DNA of 64,000 bases. Origin: Phallusia mammillata (taxonomy: Eukaryota). The DNA lies in assembly GCA_965637545.1 (NCBI GenBank), contig OZ281500.1, positions 23,436,001 through 23,500,000 on the forward strand, in the 5' to 3' direction. The position numbers were made by a program, and so were the translations under genes. Below the pieces are notes generated by a model that saw only the letters and a program-made list of their open reading frames with translations, was not told where the DNA came from and did no database searches. This document shows, piece by piece, positions 27,401 to 42,400 of this stretch; position 1 is the stretch's first letter; each line of letters begins with the position of its first letter.

Positions 27401-30400
27401 ATTTTCTCACGTTTTTTCGTTTCTCATTTAAAATTTAGACAATGTTATTTGATGCAAAAAAAGTGAATTGTTAAATTAAAGTAAAATTCGATGCAAAAAA
27501 TTGTCAATTTTTGAGTTTTTTGTTTCTAACATTAAAAATGCTGTTTAACAAAAAGAATGTAAATTGTCACAAGTGCAATTTAATAAAGTCAAAATATTCA
27601 ATGTTACAAGTTTGTAGAACAAATAAATGGCGGTTAAAATGTAGACTTAATTGTTTGATACAAAACAAAGAGCACTATGTAGTCACTGTCGAATTGTATC
27701 TTACGTCGTCTTCCGCCATTCTCTTGCGGAGATATTCGGAAAACTTTTGCCTCCCGTCATTGTCAGTTGTTCCGCCAACGCTCCAAACCAGAGCGAAGAA
27801 AAACCACGGTTCGATGAGGTCTGCAACCCGCGCCAACTGCGCTTCGCTGAGTTCGGGTTCACCCTGTGTGTCAAAATCGGAAAAAGTTTGTCAAAATTTA
27901 CATTCGATTTTGCTGATTCCGATTTTTAGTTAGAAGTACAAACAACAAAAACAAATATTTATGGCATTTTAATCAATAAACAAGTAATTTTTAAGACATA
28001 ATACAATAGAACAATGATACAAAAAAAACTAATTATTACTGGAGTGCCAGATTAAATGTAAGTTTGTTTTTATTAGGTATTTAACAGTGATGTGATCTGC
28101 AACATATTACAAGCATACAAGTATAGAGGAAGATTTATAAATCAAAGAAGTTATACATGCGATTGTAACATGCACTAAACTATGCTATACAGGCGCTTCT
28201 ATCTGTGGAAAGACACAAGGAAGAGAAAAATTGTAAATCACTAAAAAAAGAAGAAATTACTGTAATCCAAAATATTCCAAAGTTAGGTGTATTTGGTAGA
28301 AGTAATTTCGTACTTGTGTAAAATGCGTAGTTTCAGGCAATACTAAAAATAAATAAGTTAAAAAATAGAAACGTATTCTTGCTCTGGTAAGTGCTAGTTA
28401 ACTTTCATGCTAGAAATCAGTTAACTTGAAAGTATGATAAAATATCTTAATACTTTATATCACAACACAATTGCCGTGTCCAAATGGAAAATTGAACGCT
28501 CAAGTCAATATGTAATCATCATTGACTGGTTGTTTGGCAGGTATGTTTGTTTTTAAAAGGTTGTAAACATACAAGACTATACAAGCTTTTCATTATCATT
28601 AACCATTCGTTCTGTGTGCAACATGCTCATATATATTATCATGCAATCTTAGTGCAGTGGCTGATAGCATTCCCAACATATCGCCATCATGCACAAACTT
28701 ACATCACTGAAGTATTTTGCAAACCTCTTGTCCTTCTGCGCTTTTTGGCGAAGTGCGGCTGCCCCCTTTGGTGATTTTTGGGATAATATGTCAATTATTT
28801 ACTACTTAAACTTAAAGCAACTAAATAGAGGAAGTTTAAGCCACAAAACTGGACTTAAGAATTGAGCAGGGATAAAAACAATTGTTCATGTATCCGCTTT
28901 CGATACGAATAGTGAAACTAACCGGTTACTTAGGTATAACTGGTTGCCTTTTTTGTTTTTAATTTAGAATTTAAACCTAAAAGATACGGTTATTTTTGTT
29001 TTGTTACTACATGAAGAATTTTGCAGTAAGTCAGTTGCCTCAACTTTTGGGAAGGAAACTTGGACATTAAAACTATTGCGAACAAACATATGGGTACAAA
29101 CAACACAATACTTTGTAAATTTAGCATTAAACTGCTAGAAGCCAAAACTAAAGCAGCAAACCAGGAAAAGCGTTTCAATGATAAAATATTTTTCAAAAAA
29201 ATGGGTTTATCAGCACTTTACTTAAAAAGTGCAACTAAAAGCCCAGCCTTTTAAATATGCAACTGATAAACTCAGGCGCCTAATCAGCAAATACAAGCCA
29301 GCAGTATAAAAGAGTGCAAAAAACGGGGATTCATTTTTTTATGGTCACAAATAAAAAGATGTAAGAAATAAAAAGTAATCTACGAATTCAAAGTATCGTA
29401 AATGCGTGTTATATAACAATAAATATAAACGTTCGGCGGTTTCCACAGGCATTTGGTGATACTGAAGATTATGCGCGAAACAGTCAAAATTAAGTCTAAA
29501 CTGATCGGGACGGACACAAACTTTTATTCAATGTATATTTTTCCCGAAGATCTACAGGGCAAACAAATGGTTTCGTTTAAAACCTTGCTGTTTTTCCAAC
29601 CGGAAGAGAATATGGTAATTAAGAATTATTATAAAGTTTGTTAAAAGTATTTTCGCCTTTAAAGATAAAACGAAGTTAATTTTGCTGTTTAAATGAGTCA
29701 AAACCAATAGATTTTTTTAACAAATAAGACCAAAGATGGTTTAAAAAATTTATATGATTTAAAAGGCACAAGTGAGAGTAAATTGATGATTTTGGGCATG
29801 TATTTTATTATTAACTATTATTTTACCTCTTTCGGTATGAGCGGTTGAAAGAAACAATCTAAGAAGTTGAGAAGACTGAATGTGAGGTTGGCGTCAACAG
29901 ATGGGACGATCTCCTTCAAGTTCTTGCGCATAAAGCGAACTGAAGACTGTAAACAATATAGAGGTTTGTAATTGAACAAGTTGAACGAATTACAAGTACC
30001 AGAAACTAATAACAAGGAATTCGGGTGATATAAAGCAACATTAAGTAAGCTGCAGACCGTGCACAATGTTTCGATCTATAAGGTCTCGTCAGCGCAGCTG
30101 GTGACGAGACATGGGTCGTATTGGCTAGTGTAGCCATCTAACGGCACTCCAGTTTGTTGGGAGTAACAGGTTGACAAGAAATGCCCCAACAAAACTAAGC
30201 TAGACATAAACCACGAAACCACGTAGTGCACAGTCTGCAGTTCCTTTTAAACTTTTACATTATTGTCCTCCAATAGCATTGGTCTTAAGACACAACATTT
30301 AAAAGACATTAATACGTTTTAAGTAGAAGCGACAGAGTATTTAAAAGTTTAGGCGTTCACAAGTTTTGAATACCATATTTTTATGTAATATTTTTATGTA

Positions 30401-33400
30401 ACGTTCCAATAGCATTGGTCTTAGGCTATTTTATTCAAACAGACATGGATACGTTTTAAGTAGAAAGAGGCAGAATATTTTAAAGTTTTAATGTCTACAA
30501 TTTTTGTGACCGTATTTTAATCATAAAAAATTGGACCAAATTTTTATGTACTGTGCAGTTATTTCTCACCTCCAAGTAGCGATCGAACAAGCTCTGTAGT
30601 TGTTCGATGTACGGCAGTATCGCATCAGGGACTCTTTTCAGCCAGCAATATACGAAAGGTGCAAGTCCGATATAGCCAGGTTCAAGGTAAACCATTCCAC
30701 AGCGTGAGACAGTGGCTGGAGAGGCGACCGCCAAATCAGCAACCTGAAAAAAACAAGATATGCCCTTGTTAGTGAAGGTGTAGTACAGATTTAGTGTTTG
30801 TTTTTGTAAAATCAAGTTACAAATAAAAGTTAACAGTGTATTTGTGTGTTGTATCCATGGAGGCCTTAGCAATTTCCTTTTAAATTACCTTATCAGTTAT
30901 AAGCTTATATAGAGACCATAATCAAATATTATAAACAATTTCTCTTGCAATGTTTCAAAATTACTTATTTCAGTTTGGCAGAATGATTAAATTGACAAAC
31001 AATCATTGTAAGAATGCGTTTTATTGTCAAAAAAAAAAACATAAAAAACAATTTTGCTTAGATCAAGCTAAACTAAATCTTATATTACTGTGAGTTTAAG
31101 CATTGAGATTTCATATACCTCAAACATCATGGTCATGTGAGCAGTGAGTTTGATGATTTCTCCACTGCTCAAACACAATTTTTTGTTGTCGTCCAACACA
31201 GTGTTCATGTTTTCGATCCAAACGGCATCAACCGGTCCGTCGAACATGTACCTGAAGATACGTAAGAAATCACATAAAGAGAAAGTAAAACATAAAAACA
31301 TATTATTAATTTGGAGCTGTAAACTGCCGTATGTCGGGCTACGAATCCAGGAAAGTATTTTTAAACAAAAGCCGAACTAGAAATGTATATTTTTTTCCAA
31401 GATGAAATTAAGTCACAAATGGGGCATATGTCGTGGGTGAGCGAGGGCCAAAAGTTACAGTAAGCCTGAATAACTATCAGAATTTGAAGAAAAATATACT
31501 AACTAGAGTGCTGTAAGGTTAGCTACATTAGCTCACTTGGTTAATATCTTGTAACCAGCTGCACTGATAAGCTCTTACAGATCGAAACAGCGTGCACTGT
31601 CAGCAGCTTATTTATCATGTATTGGCTCGGTACTTTTATAAACAAACTTTGTTGAACGACATATTTGTTAAACTTTGTTTTACTAAAAAAGTGAGGAACA
31701 AAACGTGGTTAAAAAACACTGAAACCATAACACACGAAAACTATTTTCCAGATAGTACAATATTAGCAATAATGTAACAATACATGTTTTAGCGCAATTG
31801 TGTTGTTACGTTGTCTTTCACCAAGCAAAATAAACTCAACTCAACACAATAACATGCTACAAACATATTTAAAGTTCGACCCACCATCGTTTGTCGATGT
31901 CTGTAGAAGCCACGCCTTGTCTAATCAGGGTTGACAGGATTCCGTCCGTCCATTCGTGAGTCATTGCGTCAAATTCACCGTACAACTGACCCATGGTGAT
32001 TGACTTCGGGTTTAGCACGCTAACCTGAAATGTAAAAAACACGAATTAAACAACAAAGTTTATTGAAACAGCTAAGTAATCTGCCAAATGTTTTGATTGA
32101 TATGGTCTCATCAGTGCAGCTGGTGACAAGAGATTGGTCGTATTGGCTAGTGTAGACATCTAACGGCATTGTAGTTTGTTAGAGTAACAGAGTAAACATG
32201 GCTATACACTAGCCGACACTGTTGAGACATTATAGGTTGAAACAGTGTGTACTGTCAGCAGTTTACTTATCATGTAATGCCTCAATGCATTTCTACTGAT
32301 TATATAAAACTGAACTGATTTGCTAAAACACAATATTTTAAATTAGGTCAATACAAATGCTATGCACAGAATCTGTCCCACTAATAGTAGACATGTTAAT
32401 GTCCACAAATATTATGCTTCTTTATTATTATTTTTTTGGATTTAAATAATTTGATTTTTCCACAGTAGTTGAGGGAATTTTTTTAAAGTACATTTTAACA
32501 TGCAATTTAAAGCGACATATGAATTTATCGTAATCTACCCTTGTGAAGAAATACATATTTTGCTTAAACAGCAGAACCGCTGTCTATAAGCAAGCAATTA
32601 GAAATTTTCTAGCAGCAGGGTTCCCGCGAAATGTTTGTTTATAAATTCCATGACTTTTCCAAAACTTTTCCAAAAAAAACCCCGAATTTCCATAACCTTA
32701 ACCGAAAAAAATCGAGCAATTCCCATAGTAAAACTAGAAAACAGGCTTTGGTATATGCAGCCAATTTACCATATTTGCAACGAATATACAAACGTTACGT
32801 AATATATCTCTATCTGGCATTTTCAGGAGCCTAATTCCATACTTTTTCAAGGACTTTTGCAAAAGTTGGCTTTTTCAAAACTTTTCCAGGCCTTAATAAC
32901 ACAAATTTAAATTCCATAACCTTTCCAGGTTTTCCATACCCGCGGGAACCCTGTAGCAGTCTTTGTTTAAATTCAAATAAACCACAGATTGTTGAAACAC
33001 TTACATGTACGGCTTCATACGTTCCTCCGCTGATAGAAGGCTGACCTCTCAGTTGTGTCAGAGCTTTACCGAGTACGTTATAGCACTTGGTCTTGCCTGA
33101 ACACGTCGGCCCAACCAACATAAGTCCGTGGCGGACAATCGTTGTCTCGTACAGCTGAATACATTTGGTGACGAACCCGTCGACCTCTTGAACTCCGACC
33201 TTTGGACAGGAGTCCTTGATAGAGTCCATGAGAGCTCCGTAGTCGATCGCCTCTTCTTTGATCTTTGGGAAGAGATCAGACACTATACCGCGGAAGAGCT
33301 TGAGATCGTCCAGAAGGAATTTGGGAACATTCACATCCCGGATGGCACGGAGGCAGATCACCTCCTCATCCATGTCCGGATGTTCCCGCTTCAGGTTGCC

Positions 33401-36400
33401 TAGAAGACGATATATATTTATGATGAGGTATTTTATAAGGTTGCAAAAGTATAGTTTTATTAATGTTTTCGTTTATATCTTTTAGATTTGAAGTACGTGT
33501 GTTATTTTTTTTTCAGCAATACTGTAGTACAAACGCCATTTGTACATGCCAACAGCCGGGTGCCAGTTCGATAGAGGTTTGTAACTAAGCCACGACAGAA
33601 GTATAATGCAGTTTATTTTTATTGACTTTTATTAATCTCTAGTTTGGGGATCACCTTACTGCGAAAAAAGCAACCAAAGAAACTTGCATGTACAAAACAA
33701 CTAAGAATGGAAAGCATTTTCCAAATTACGAAATCCGTCAATGAATTAAATGGAATATATATATTTCGCCTAATGGCATCTTCAGTTCCTATAAAAACCA
33801 CAAGATAATACAAGCATGTCCCTGCCCATGTACTGAAGTGGCTACTAATGATCTAAGCTTACCAGCTGCTGATATGACGGTCTTAACAGCTCTCATGCCG
33901 AAATCGTAGTGATCCTGTGAGCTGAGTTGTTCCGATGACAGTTTGAACGTTGTCACGATCTTCTTTGCAAGATGCTGGGATTCAAAGAAGCAATTTTAAG
34001 CAACGCAATACAAAAGATTTATGCCCCAATGTTAGTACATTGTGCCTTTCAGTACAAGTTAATTTTTGGTGTAATTTTTTTTCTGGACTGTTTGTGTGAC
34101 TTATAGGTAAGGTCTTCTTACACATTTTCAATGTCATGACGATTTTTTTCAACCGCAATGAATATTAATGATAGAACTTGCGTTCAATTTTCTGTTGCAC
34201 GTGAACATTAAGTTTGTAACACTACAACATGCAGCTTACAAATAAATACTTTATACATATCGAGTAATATAGAAAAATTGTCATATTTCCAACATTTTAC
34301 TATGGTGTTTCTAAAACTTAAATCATAGATACAAACTAGAAAAGGCCACTACGTACCTTGGCATTGCTGAACCCAAAACTGTAGAGAGAAATTTCTGCAA
34401 TCATAGCGTAGTCGGGCACCATCATCGCCACTGGTCGGAACAAGGCCTGTGTAGAAGTGAAATGATTTTGGATAAAAAATCTAATACTGAGCCCCATAAT
34501 GTAGCCCCTAATAAGCTGAAAACGTTGAACTTCAAGACAAGATTAAAATGTTTTTGTTTTTTGGCTTAGATGACAGACATAGTTCAAGCGGATGCAGGGC
34601 TACTTATAATATTATTAAAATGTGTGGTGACTATTGTATATGTTTGTATTGTGTTTAACCACCAACGATTAAAATCAATTCACATAATACATGTCAAAAC
34701 GTATTTTTCTTTCCATTTAGTTTTTACTTTAGCATTCTCATGCTAATTTATACCAGTATTTATTTTTAGCGGTCAAAGTCTTGCATATTCGACTTACTTT
34801 TAGATTATCCGGAAGTTCTGTCCTTCCGGCGTATCCAGGGTTCATGGTGATGAACACGGCGCAAGAAGTTTTCAACGAAATCTCTACTCCTTCAAACATG
34901 AATCTATCCAATCTTGCGCTCTGAGCGTTCTGGATTGTTGCAATCTGCTGCGCCACGACTGATAACACCTGGAGAAGAGATCGGTTGATTAATAACATTC
35001 TGGTAAAATATCTAAACTAAATGCATTTATTGCAACTTCTAAAATGTACAGGTTTCTGGCAGATAGGTTTTTAATTAAATTTGTTAAAATTTTTGATTGG
35101 AATTTAAATTTTAAACTAAATTGTAATACAAAATGCAATGAGTATAATTTCAAAACTACACATATATACTTTGATTAGTACTATTTTGCTGATGCTTGAC
35201 CAACAAGGCCAACCAAAAAAACTTTAAACCAGGGTTCGGTAACCAATGGCTCACAAGCCAGCTGTGGCTCTTTTGATGAATGCTTCTGGGTTTCAGACAA
35301 AAAAACTCATTTCTTTTTATTTGTAATTAACATTGGTCATTTGGCAATTGGTGACTTGAGAGAAAAATTACATTTTTGGCAATTCTTCATTAACAATATT
35401 AATGCTTCAAAAACAGAGATCCTGGAAAATACAAATCTTTTCCCTAAATCCCAGGATTAGAAAAAGTGTCTCAAATGACAATCCCTAGTACAACCCACCT
35501 CAATATCAATCCGGTTGAACTCATCAAAGCAAGCCCATGCTCCTGAACTCGCCAAACCCTTGAAGAACTTTCCCATGGCCATGAAGTCGAGCTGGTCACT
35601 ACAGTTGAACACGACAGTCTGAATCGCCAGCGCTTTGCCAAGATCTTTCGTGGTTTCAGTTTTTCCAGTTCCTGCTGGTCCAGCGGGGGCTCCCCCGAAC
35701 TTGAGATGAAGGGCTCCCGTCAATGTGAGGTAACATCTGGTGAAACAGAATCATATGATCGTGAATATGATACATCTTGTGAAAAATTATATTATCATGA
35801 AACATCTAGCACCAAATACTCATGAATATGTAAACATCTGGTAAAAAAACGTGGGTTCATTTGATGTATAATCACGGGATCGCAAACATAAAAAAATCAT
35901 ATGATTGTCAATATGACACAGCTGGGGTAAAACCATAAGATCATAATCATGAAACATCTAATGTAAAATCTTACAATCGGTTATGTTTCATGAAATAAAG
36001 ATCTGTTTTTTTGGACTTAAACTAGCTGTTCTCACGATCGAATGTATTAATCAAAAGACTGCTTTGACAAAACTACTGGGTTCATTTTATTCCGCAAAGT
36101 CAATAAATAAAAAAATATTTCAACTCACCGATCAGTTAGTGGAGTGATGACAAGTCGACCAGTGTTTCCCAAATATTCGTATCCATAAGGAAACTCTGCG
36201 TTCACAGCTCGCACAAAAAGATTGTTCTTCGTCCAATAGTATCTGAAAATACAACATAAACATTAAAAAAAAACACTTCAATTGGGTATAACAGGTCGCA
36301 ATTTTGCTCAGGTTATTATAGGACACAGGTAAAGTGTTCAAATCTCATGCATCGACATCTTGTAGCATGGTGAAGCTAGGAAGACCACATTTAATACGAT

Positions 36401-39400
36401 GTAACTCTGTCTCGCCTACTCTTCGTTTCATTGTATGGGCTGACGCAAATCACAACAAAAATTGTCCGACAGGCAACCAGAAATTTGTCCGACTGGTAGA
36501 GCGCGAGTCCCGGAAAGACTCCTATCGTGGGTTTGAATCCCACCGGAGTCTAGATTTTTCTAGCCTGTGCCTCGCTATATGGGAATGCTTGGGAGACCAG
36601 CTGATTCGGTACAACGCCTTCAATACAGGTCTGGCGTACTGTGATTAGCAACCAGGAATTTATCTTTTGTTCACCTCAGTTGACTGATCCATTCGAAATC
36701 GTTAACAGTTTCAACTTTTTCGTCACACAAATTCCCCACCACGTCTCTGGCATGGACCTGTAGATAGAACACATACATGAGGTTATGAAATGCCGCAACG
36801 ATGCTCAAACGTCCTTTACACTGTCTGAGTTAACTATAGGTTGTTTAACGTCCTAAATAGAATTGTCACGACCGTTGTTACTAAATTGTGTCTTATTTAC
36901 AGTTTTCAATCACTACTAATGTTGAGATTGCATTCACTGAACTTATTCGTTCTTTTATTTATTTTATGTATAATTTTGTGCATGTGTTAACAGACATAAG
37001 CTGTTATTGTTAATATTAGGGTTTTTTCAGAGGTGTTTCTTTCTAGTCTATTTCAGTTTTATTTTTAGACTTATAATTTACTTTACAAGTACATATTTTT
37101 TGAATAATAAATATAGGGAAAAAAACTTTTTTGATATTTACAACTTACATGAGCTAGTTTAGAGCACTTTTATCATGATACAACTGCAATAAAGGTTACT
37201 CCACAAAACTGACCAACCGATCATAATAAGCCACGTCACTTACCTCTATAACGATCAGCGCTGACATCATCATACGTTGAAGTGCTGTGAGTTTTCCTCG
37301 GACCAACTCAACAAGATCGTTCAGCATCTGAATCAACCTCTCATGGAGTTCAGGCAGCTTCCCAGCTTCAATCGCCTCTTCCACGTATTTCGCCCAGTAA
37401 ACTTGGGAAACTGCGATTACCACTTGACCTGGGGATATATTGGAAAATATTTTTGTTAACTTTGTTTCTTAATTAAGTTTATTATGTTAACAATTGAGTG
37501 CTGGTGTTGTAGACGTGGCAACTTGGTTGACCTCTCACCCAACCTATTAAGTTCAGTTATTGTTTGGTTAAATTCTTTGTTTTTGTTTTATGATTATGTG
37601 TATTAATAACTTTGAACGTTTATAATATTCTATTTGAATAAGGAAATAATATATCGCAAAGCACATATTATAAGTTGACACATTTGACTCTGGAATTACG
37701 ACTGGTGTTGCAAAAGTAGAAATCAATAATTATTATGGGTTTATTAGCAATAACGGGAATACTTTTCTTAAATAAGGTTTAGGCGTTAAATGGTGAAAAA
37801 CGTGAAACTAAACCATTGCTTGCAAGTCACAAGAATACGTTGGCATATTTTTCTTACATAAAGTTTTCCGGATAAAATGGTGGATAACGTAAAAACAAAA
37901 AAAAAGAGACTGACAAATCAGAAGAAATGTTACATTTTTTTGTAGATAGAGTTTTCTCGATTAAATGGTGGAGACTATTTTTAAAAAAATTTAAATAATT
38001 ATCAAACCGAAAATGAAGACAAAAATAAAGATTTCACCTGGCCAGTTAAGCACCCATTCCGTTCGTTTAGTCTCCATGTAATCGATCACCGCTTTATCGC
38101 ACTGATTCCTCACTGATTGCATCATTACTCTCTCTACTTCGCCCAGCCAATCTTCAACGTTTCCTGTCGGGTAAAGATCTTCAGAAAACTGCACGTGCTC
38201 CCCCTCGCCCGAAATCATCTCAGTCATCTTCATGTCAGACTCGAAATTGATCTGTGAGAAAACAATGAGTCTTGTGACGTCATAATCCACAAACAACAAT
38301 AATGTATTTAGGTATTGGAACTCGTTGTAAGCTATCTTGTCGAAACACAATAGCCAAAATAATGTCATCATGGCACATAAGGGTATGTTGGAGCGGTCGA
38401 AACTTTATTGAGCAGCGGCGCCATGTCCGAGTCATGTTAGAAACGTGTAAGAGGTAGAACAACGCGAAATCGGCGTAATGTAATGGTATTTGCGTTGCTC
38501 TTACACACACAAAACCTTGGGATTTTTTTCCTTTTCAGATTTCTTTTATGTAAAAAAAATTATTCAACATTTTGTCACTTTTTACGATTAAAAACACATT
38601 CTAAACAGTTTCGTGCCGCAAGTCTATTTATTGTGCAAAAAAGATACTCAAAGAACGTTATCTTTGCAGCAGTTTGAGCACAGTAGAAATACCAAAGCAC
38701 TTTGGAGCTAGCAATCGTTGTTTCGATTTGCATATTAGCCCTTTGATAGATTCTCTGCAAGTTGGAGGATTATAGAGAAAATTCGCACCTTGAAAACATT
38801 CTCGAAGCATTTTCTTAGATGAGGTTGCACAGCGGTCGGATCTTTGGTTTGAGACAAAATCTCAAGAAGTTCGTCGTCCGATAAAAAGTAAAATCTGAGG
38901 AAAGGAATAAATTTGAGAATAAAAATAACACAAGAGGCTGATAACGTGTTGTGCTCCAACAAGCGTGCTTGGAAAATCAAATAATATCCAGTAAAAACGT
39001 AAACTATCTTAGTTTAAGTTAAAATAAATTTCAGCAATAGCAATTACATTGAGTTTGCAGAAAATGAGAATAACTATACAATTTTAAGTAAATATATATT
39101 GTGTCAAGCAATGAGTGCATCGAATTCGTAAATATGAAATGTTTCCGTTTTAAGTGAGTTGACTTCAACAACGATTTAATATCTGTGAAAAATAGTTATT
39201 GTTTTTACAAGCAATCCAGTGTAAAGAAGTGGGTGCAAATTTTTTAATAGCAATTGCCGAGCTATCTCCATGCTTACCTGGGGAAAGCGGATCTCTTGGT
39301 TTCCAAATACTCGCTCAGTCCCTTCTGTACTTGCTCCAGAAGTTTGTTGCACTCCTTCAAGCTCTCCAGAAGACGGGAGTCGGAACACAGGGAAATCACC

Positions 39401-42400
39401 TGAAACGATACCCCAAATTACAAACAATACATTTTTTAGTAACCTCGTTTGAAAGGTATCATTCGCAAGTCAAATTTAAACGGAACAGTTTAATTTGCAA
39501 ACAGACTGCAAATTCACAACGCCAAAATAAACCGAAAAATCTCAACATTGAAAAAGCTTCACAACTTGCTGAAACTATCTTAGACTTAAGATGAACATAA
39601 ATTCATAACTGGGATCAGCCTGAAGCGTCTATGTAGACCAGCGATCACGGCACACTCATATGTAAATCACAGTACACCAGGCCTGTTGAAGGCGTTTTAC
39701 CAAACGATATTGTTTTCGCCTTTAAAATTTGTAACTAAACTACATAATTCCCCAAACCTGTGTGTTGTCATTTGCGTTCTTCATAATTTTCCTCCACATT
39801 CTCTCCATGGTCTGATATCTCTTCCCTTCCACCGGGAGCTGCCGGTTGATGTCCTCCGAACTGAAGATCGGCTCCAAGTATAACCACGATCTCTGGCACA
39901 CCAACCACTCATCCAACACGTCCTAATGGATGAGAACAAGTGTAAATATACGAACATTGTAGATAACTGCTTTTTAATATTTACTTCACGTAGAAACATC
40001 GAGGCCCTGAAGGAACAATATATTTCAATGAAAAATGTGCCCCGTTCTTCTTACAACTGAGTCCAGATCATAGTACGCTAGGCCTATTGAAGGTGTCATA
40101 CCGAATCAGCCGGCCACCGAGCATTTACCACAAGGTAAGGCGTAGGCCAGAAAAAAATCTAGCCTGCGGTGGGATTCGAACCCACGACAGAAGTCTTTCG
40201 GGGACTCGCGCTTCACCAAATGAGCTACACAGGCTCAGTGGTAAGCCCGTCGAAAGTCGAATGACTAGCACCGTTGCTGGACTCGTAATTTGAGATCAAC
40301 GTCCACATTCTCACCTGAGTCATACTCAGCTTTCCCTCCCAAGTGCTGATTCGCTCTTCGAAGGGTTTCTTGTAAGGGGAGAACGACATCGTTTGTGTCA
40401 TCACAATGTGATCGTCCAGTAATTGTGATGCCTCTTCCGGTGACTTGATAATGTAAGTTCCGGTTTCCTTGTAAGCTTTCACCTGTTTTTTGAAGAGAAA
40501 TTATTCGTTTCAAACAAAAGCTTATGTTGTCTTGTCGACGGTTGCCATTGACGACAGACGTTCAGGTTTTTCTATTCGTCAATTAAGTTTACTTGACATC
40601 GAAACGTATATTTCATTAACTAACGAATATAATGGCTCAAATAGACGTAAAATGCGACATGCTTTATTATGTACACATTTCGGCAAATGCTCACGCCATC
40701 ATCAGTGATATGTGGGGCCACATCAGTTACATCCGTTTATATCCAGTTAAGTCTTATAAACGATTGACAAAAAGGTGCGAAACAAGCATCGCGTAAAAAC
40801 GATAGACAAGTAATTATTTTGCTTTTGGCCTTTTAAACTACAGTCTTATCAATGTTTTATTAAAGTGTAACTATTTTTCGTTTCAAAAACGATCGTGTTG
40901 GGAAGTGTGTCATCACCGTAGTGACGATAAGATAAGCAATTCAACAAAGCAATTGCTTGTAGAGCAGAGGACAGTTGATAAAGTAAGGGGAGTTAGTTAC
41001 AAGCTAGAAATCACAACTCAAAGTACAACAAGATCACCTCAAAGTTAATAGGCTCCCATTCCTTCTCCATCTTGTCAAGAGCTTGTTCAATGCTAAACTC
41101 CTTCCCAGCTACTTCGGCAACCTTAGCAATCTTGTCAATGTGCTCAGCTAAATTCATTTCCAAACATTTGCTGAAGGTCAAAGTCGCCTGAGCAAGATTT
41201 GTATTAAATACGCAACCTCAAAAATTGAAAATAAGAGATAACATATCGCTTAGACGTGTATTGACTAACAATTTTTGAATCTTTTTTCCCGAGATCACAA
41301 TAATCCAAAATGGGGTGATATTAAAAAAAGATAAGGACGTTTGAAATTGTATTGTTGGTTTTTAAATTTTTAACTTTTATTCAATAAGTTTTGGGCAAAT
41401 TTTAGGCGGTTAATTGGGTCTTCAATTATGGTAATGAGTTGGTTCATCCTATTTTTAAGCATATTTTAAAGTTATGTCAGTAAACGAAAAAATACAAACT
41501 TTTTACTGAAACCGTTGATTAAACAAAGGTTGCTAAATCTGCTTTTATTTTTTAAACTTATAAACGAAAGTTTGATCTACGATAACCTTTTGGTAATTTC
41601 AAAAGTTGATTTGGTTTATCACATTATAACGCAGTGTTTCTTAACCTTTTTAGCGCTTGTACCCTTTAAGCTTTTATGAAACTTAGGTGTTGAATGCATG
41701 CATTAAAACAGTCTTGTAAGTTCAGCAATATTTACAGCACACCAACAATCAGTCAATTCAACTCAGTCAAAGATACATAACAAAGTAACTTGTTATGCAT
41801 TCTTCACAAATATGTCTAACTAGCGCATAATTTCACACTGCCTGTCGTACCCCCTGCTTTGGTGCTTCGAACCCCCAAGGGGTACACGTACCCTTGGTTA
41901 AGAATCCCTGTTATAACGTTTTTAAACCAACACCCTGTCGACCACATACTTTAGGCTGAACAGAAAAACCAAGTTCTTTGGACAAGAGATCCCAATGTCT
42001 GATTCTCATTCCGGGATTTCGGAGTCCCTGTATGAGTGGGATGAAAGGCTTGAAATCTTCCACCTGTGTCTTCATCTGCATCGCCACCTGCTGGACGCCT
42101 GTGCAAGACATGTTGAGTCAGCACAATTGAAAAATTTGTAAAAGTAGTTAGGTTAAAATTACGAGCGTTTTGTGACCATAGACATAAATATGTCAGAAAA
42201 AAACAAAACTAAGCAGCATTTTCTGATTGTTTTAGCAGTAATGTTTAAACCGATTCAAGTCAGCGCTTTGTCTTTGAACACTGTTATTCTTAATTAAATT
42301 GCTTTGCATCACAACAACGGCATATAATACAATTGCCGATGTCTTAGCATAAACACTTTCTAAAAAAATGTTCCAAATTTTCACCCATGTCAAATTATGC

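Noticed and set aside
28715-28775. Second cryptic DNAH1 exon in the 2 kb intron 27864-29826
   Set aside because: Weak acceptors, candidate lengths of 34 and 41 nt are not multiples of 3, and the protein alignment needs no extra residues there.
32831-33004. C-terminal part of the 180-aa ORF 32831-33373
   Set aside because: Read-through past the donor at 33004 into intron and the 32616-32953 element; not dynein sequence.
40162-40234. Functional tRNA gene (apparent anticodon GGA or CGA, Ser)
   Set aside because: C33 instead of U33, an extra base before the anticodon stem, a short variable loop incompatible with tRNA-Ser, an anticodon that varies between copies, and embedding in a dispersed repeat.
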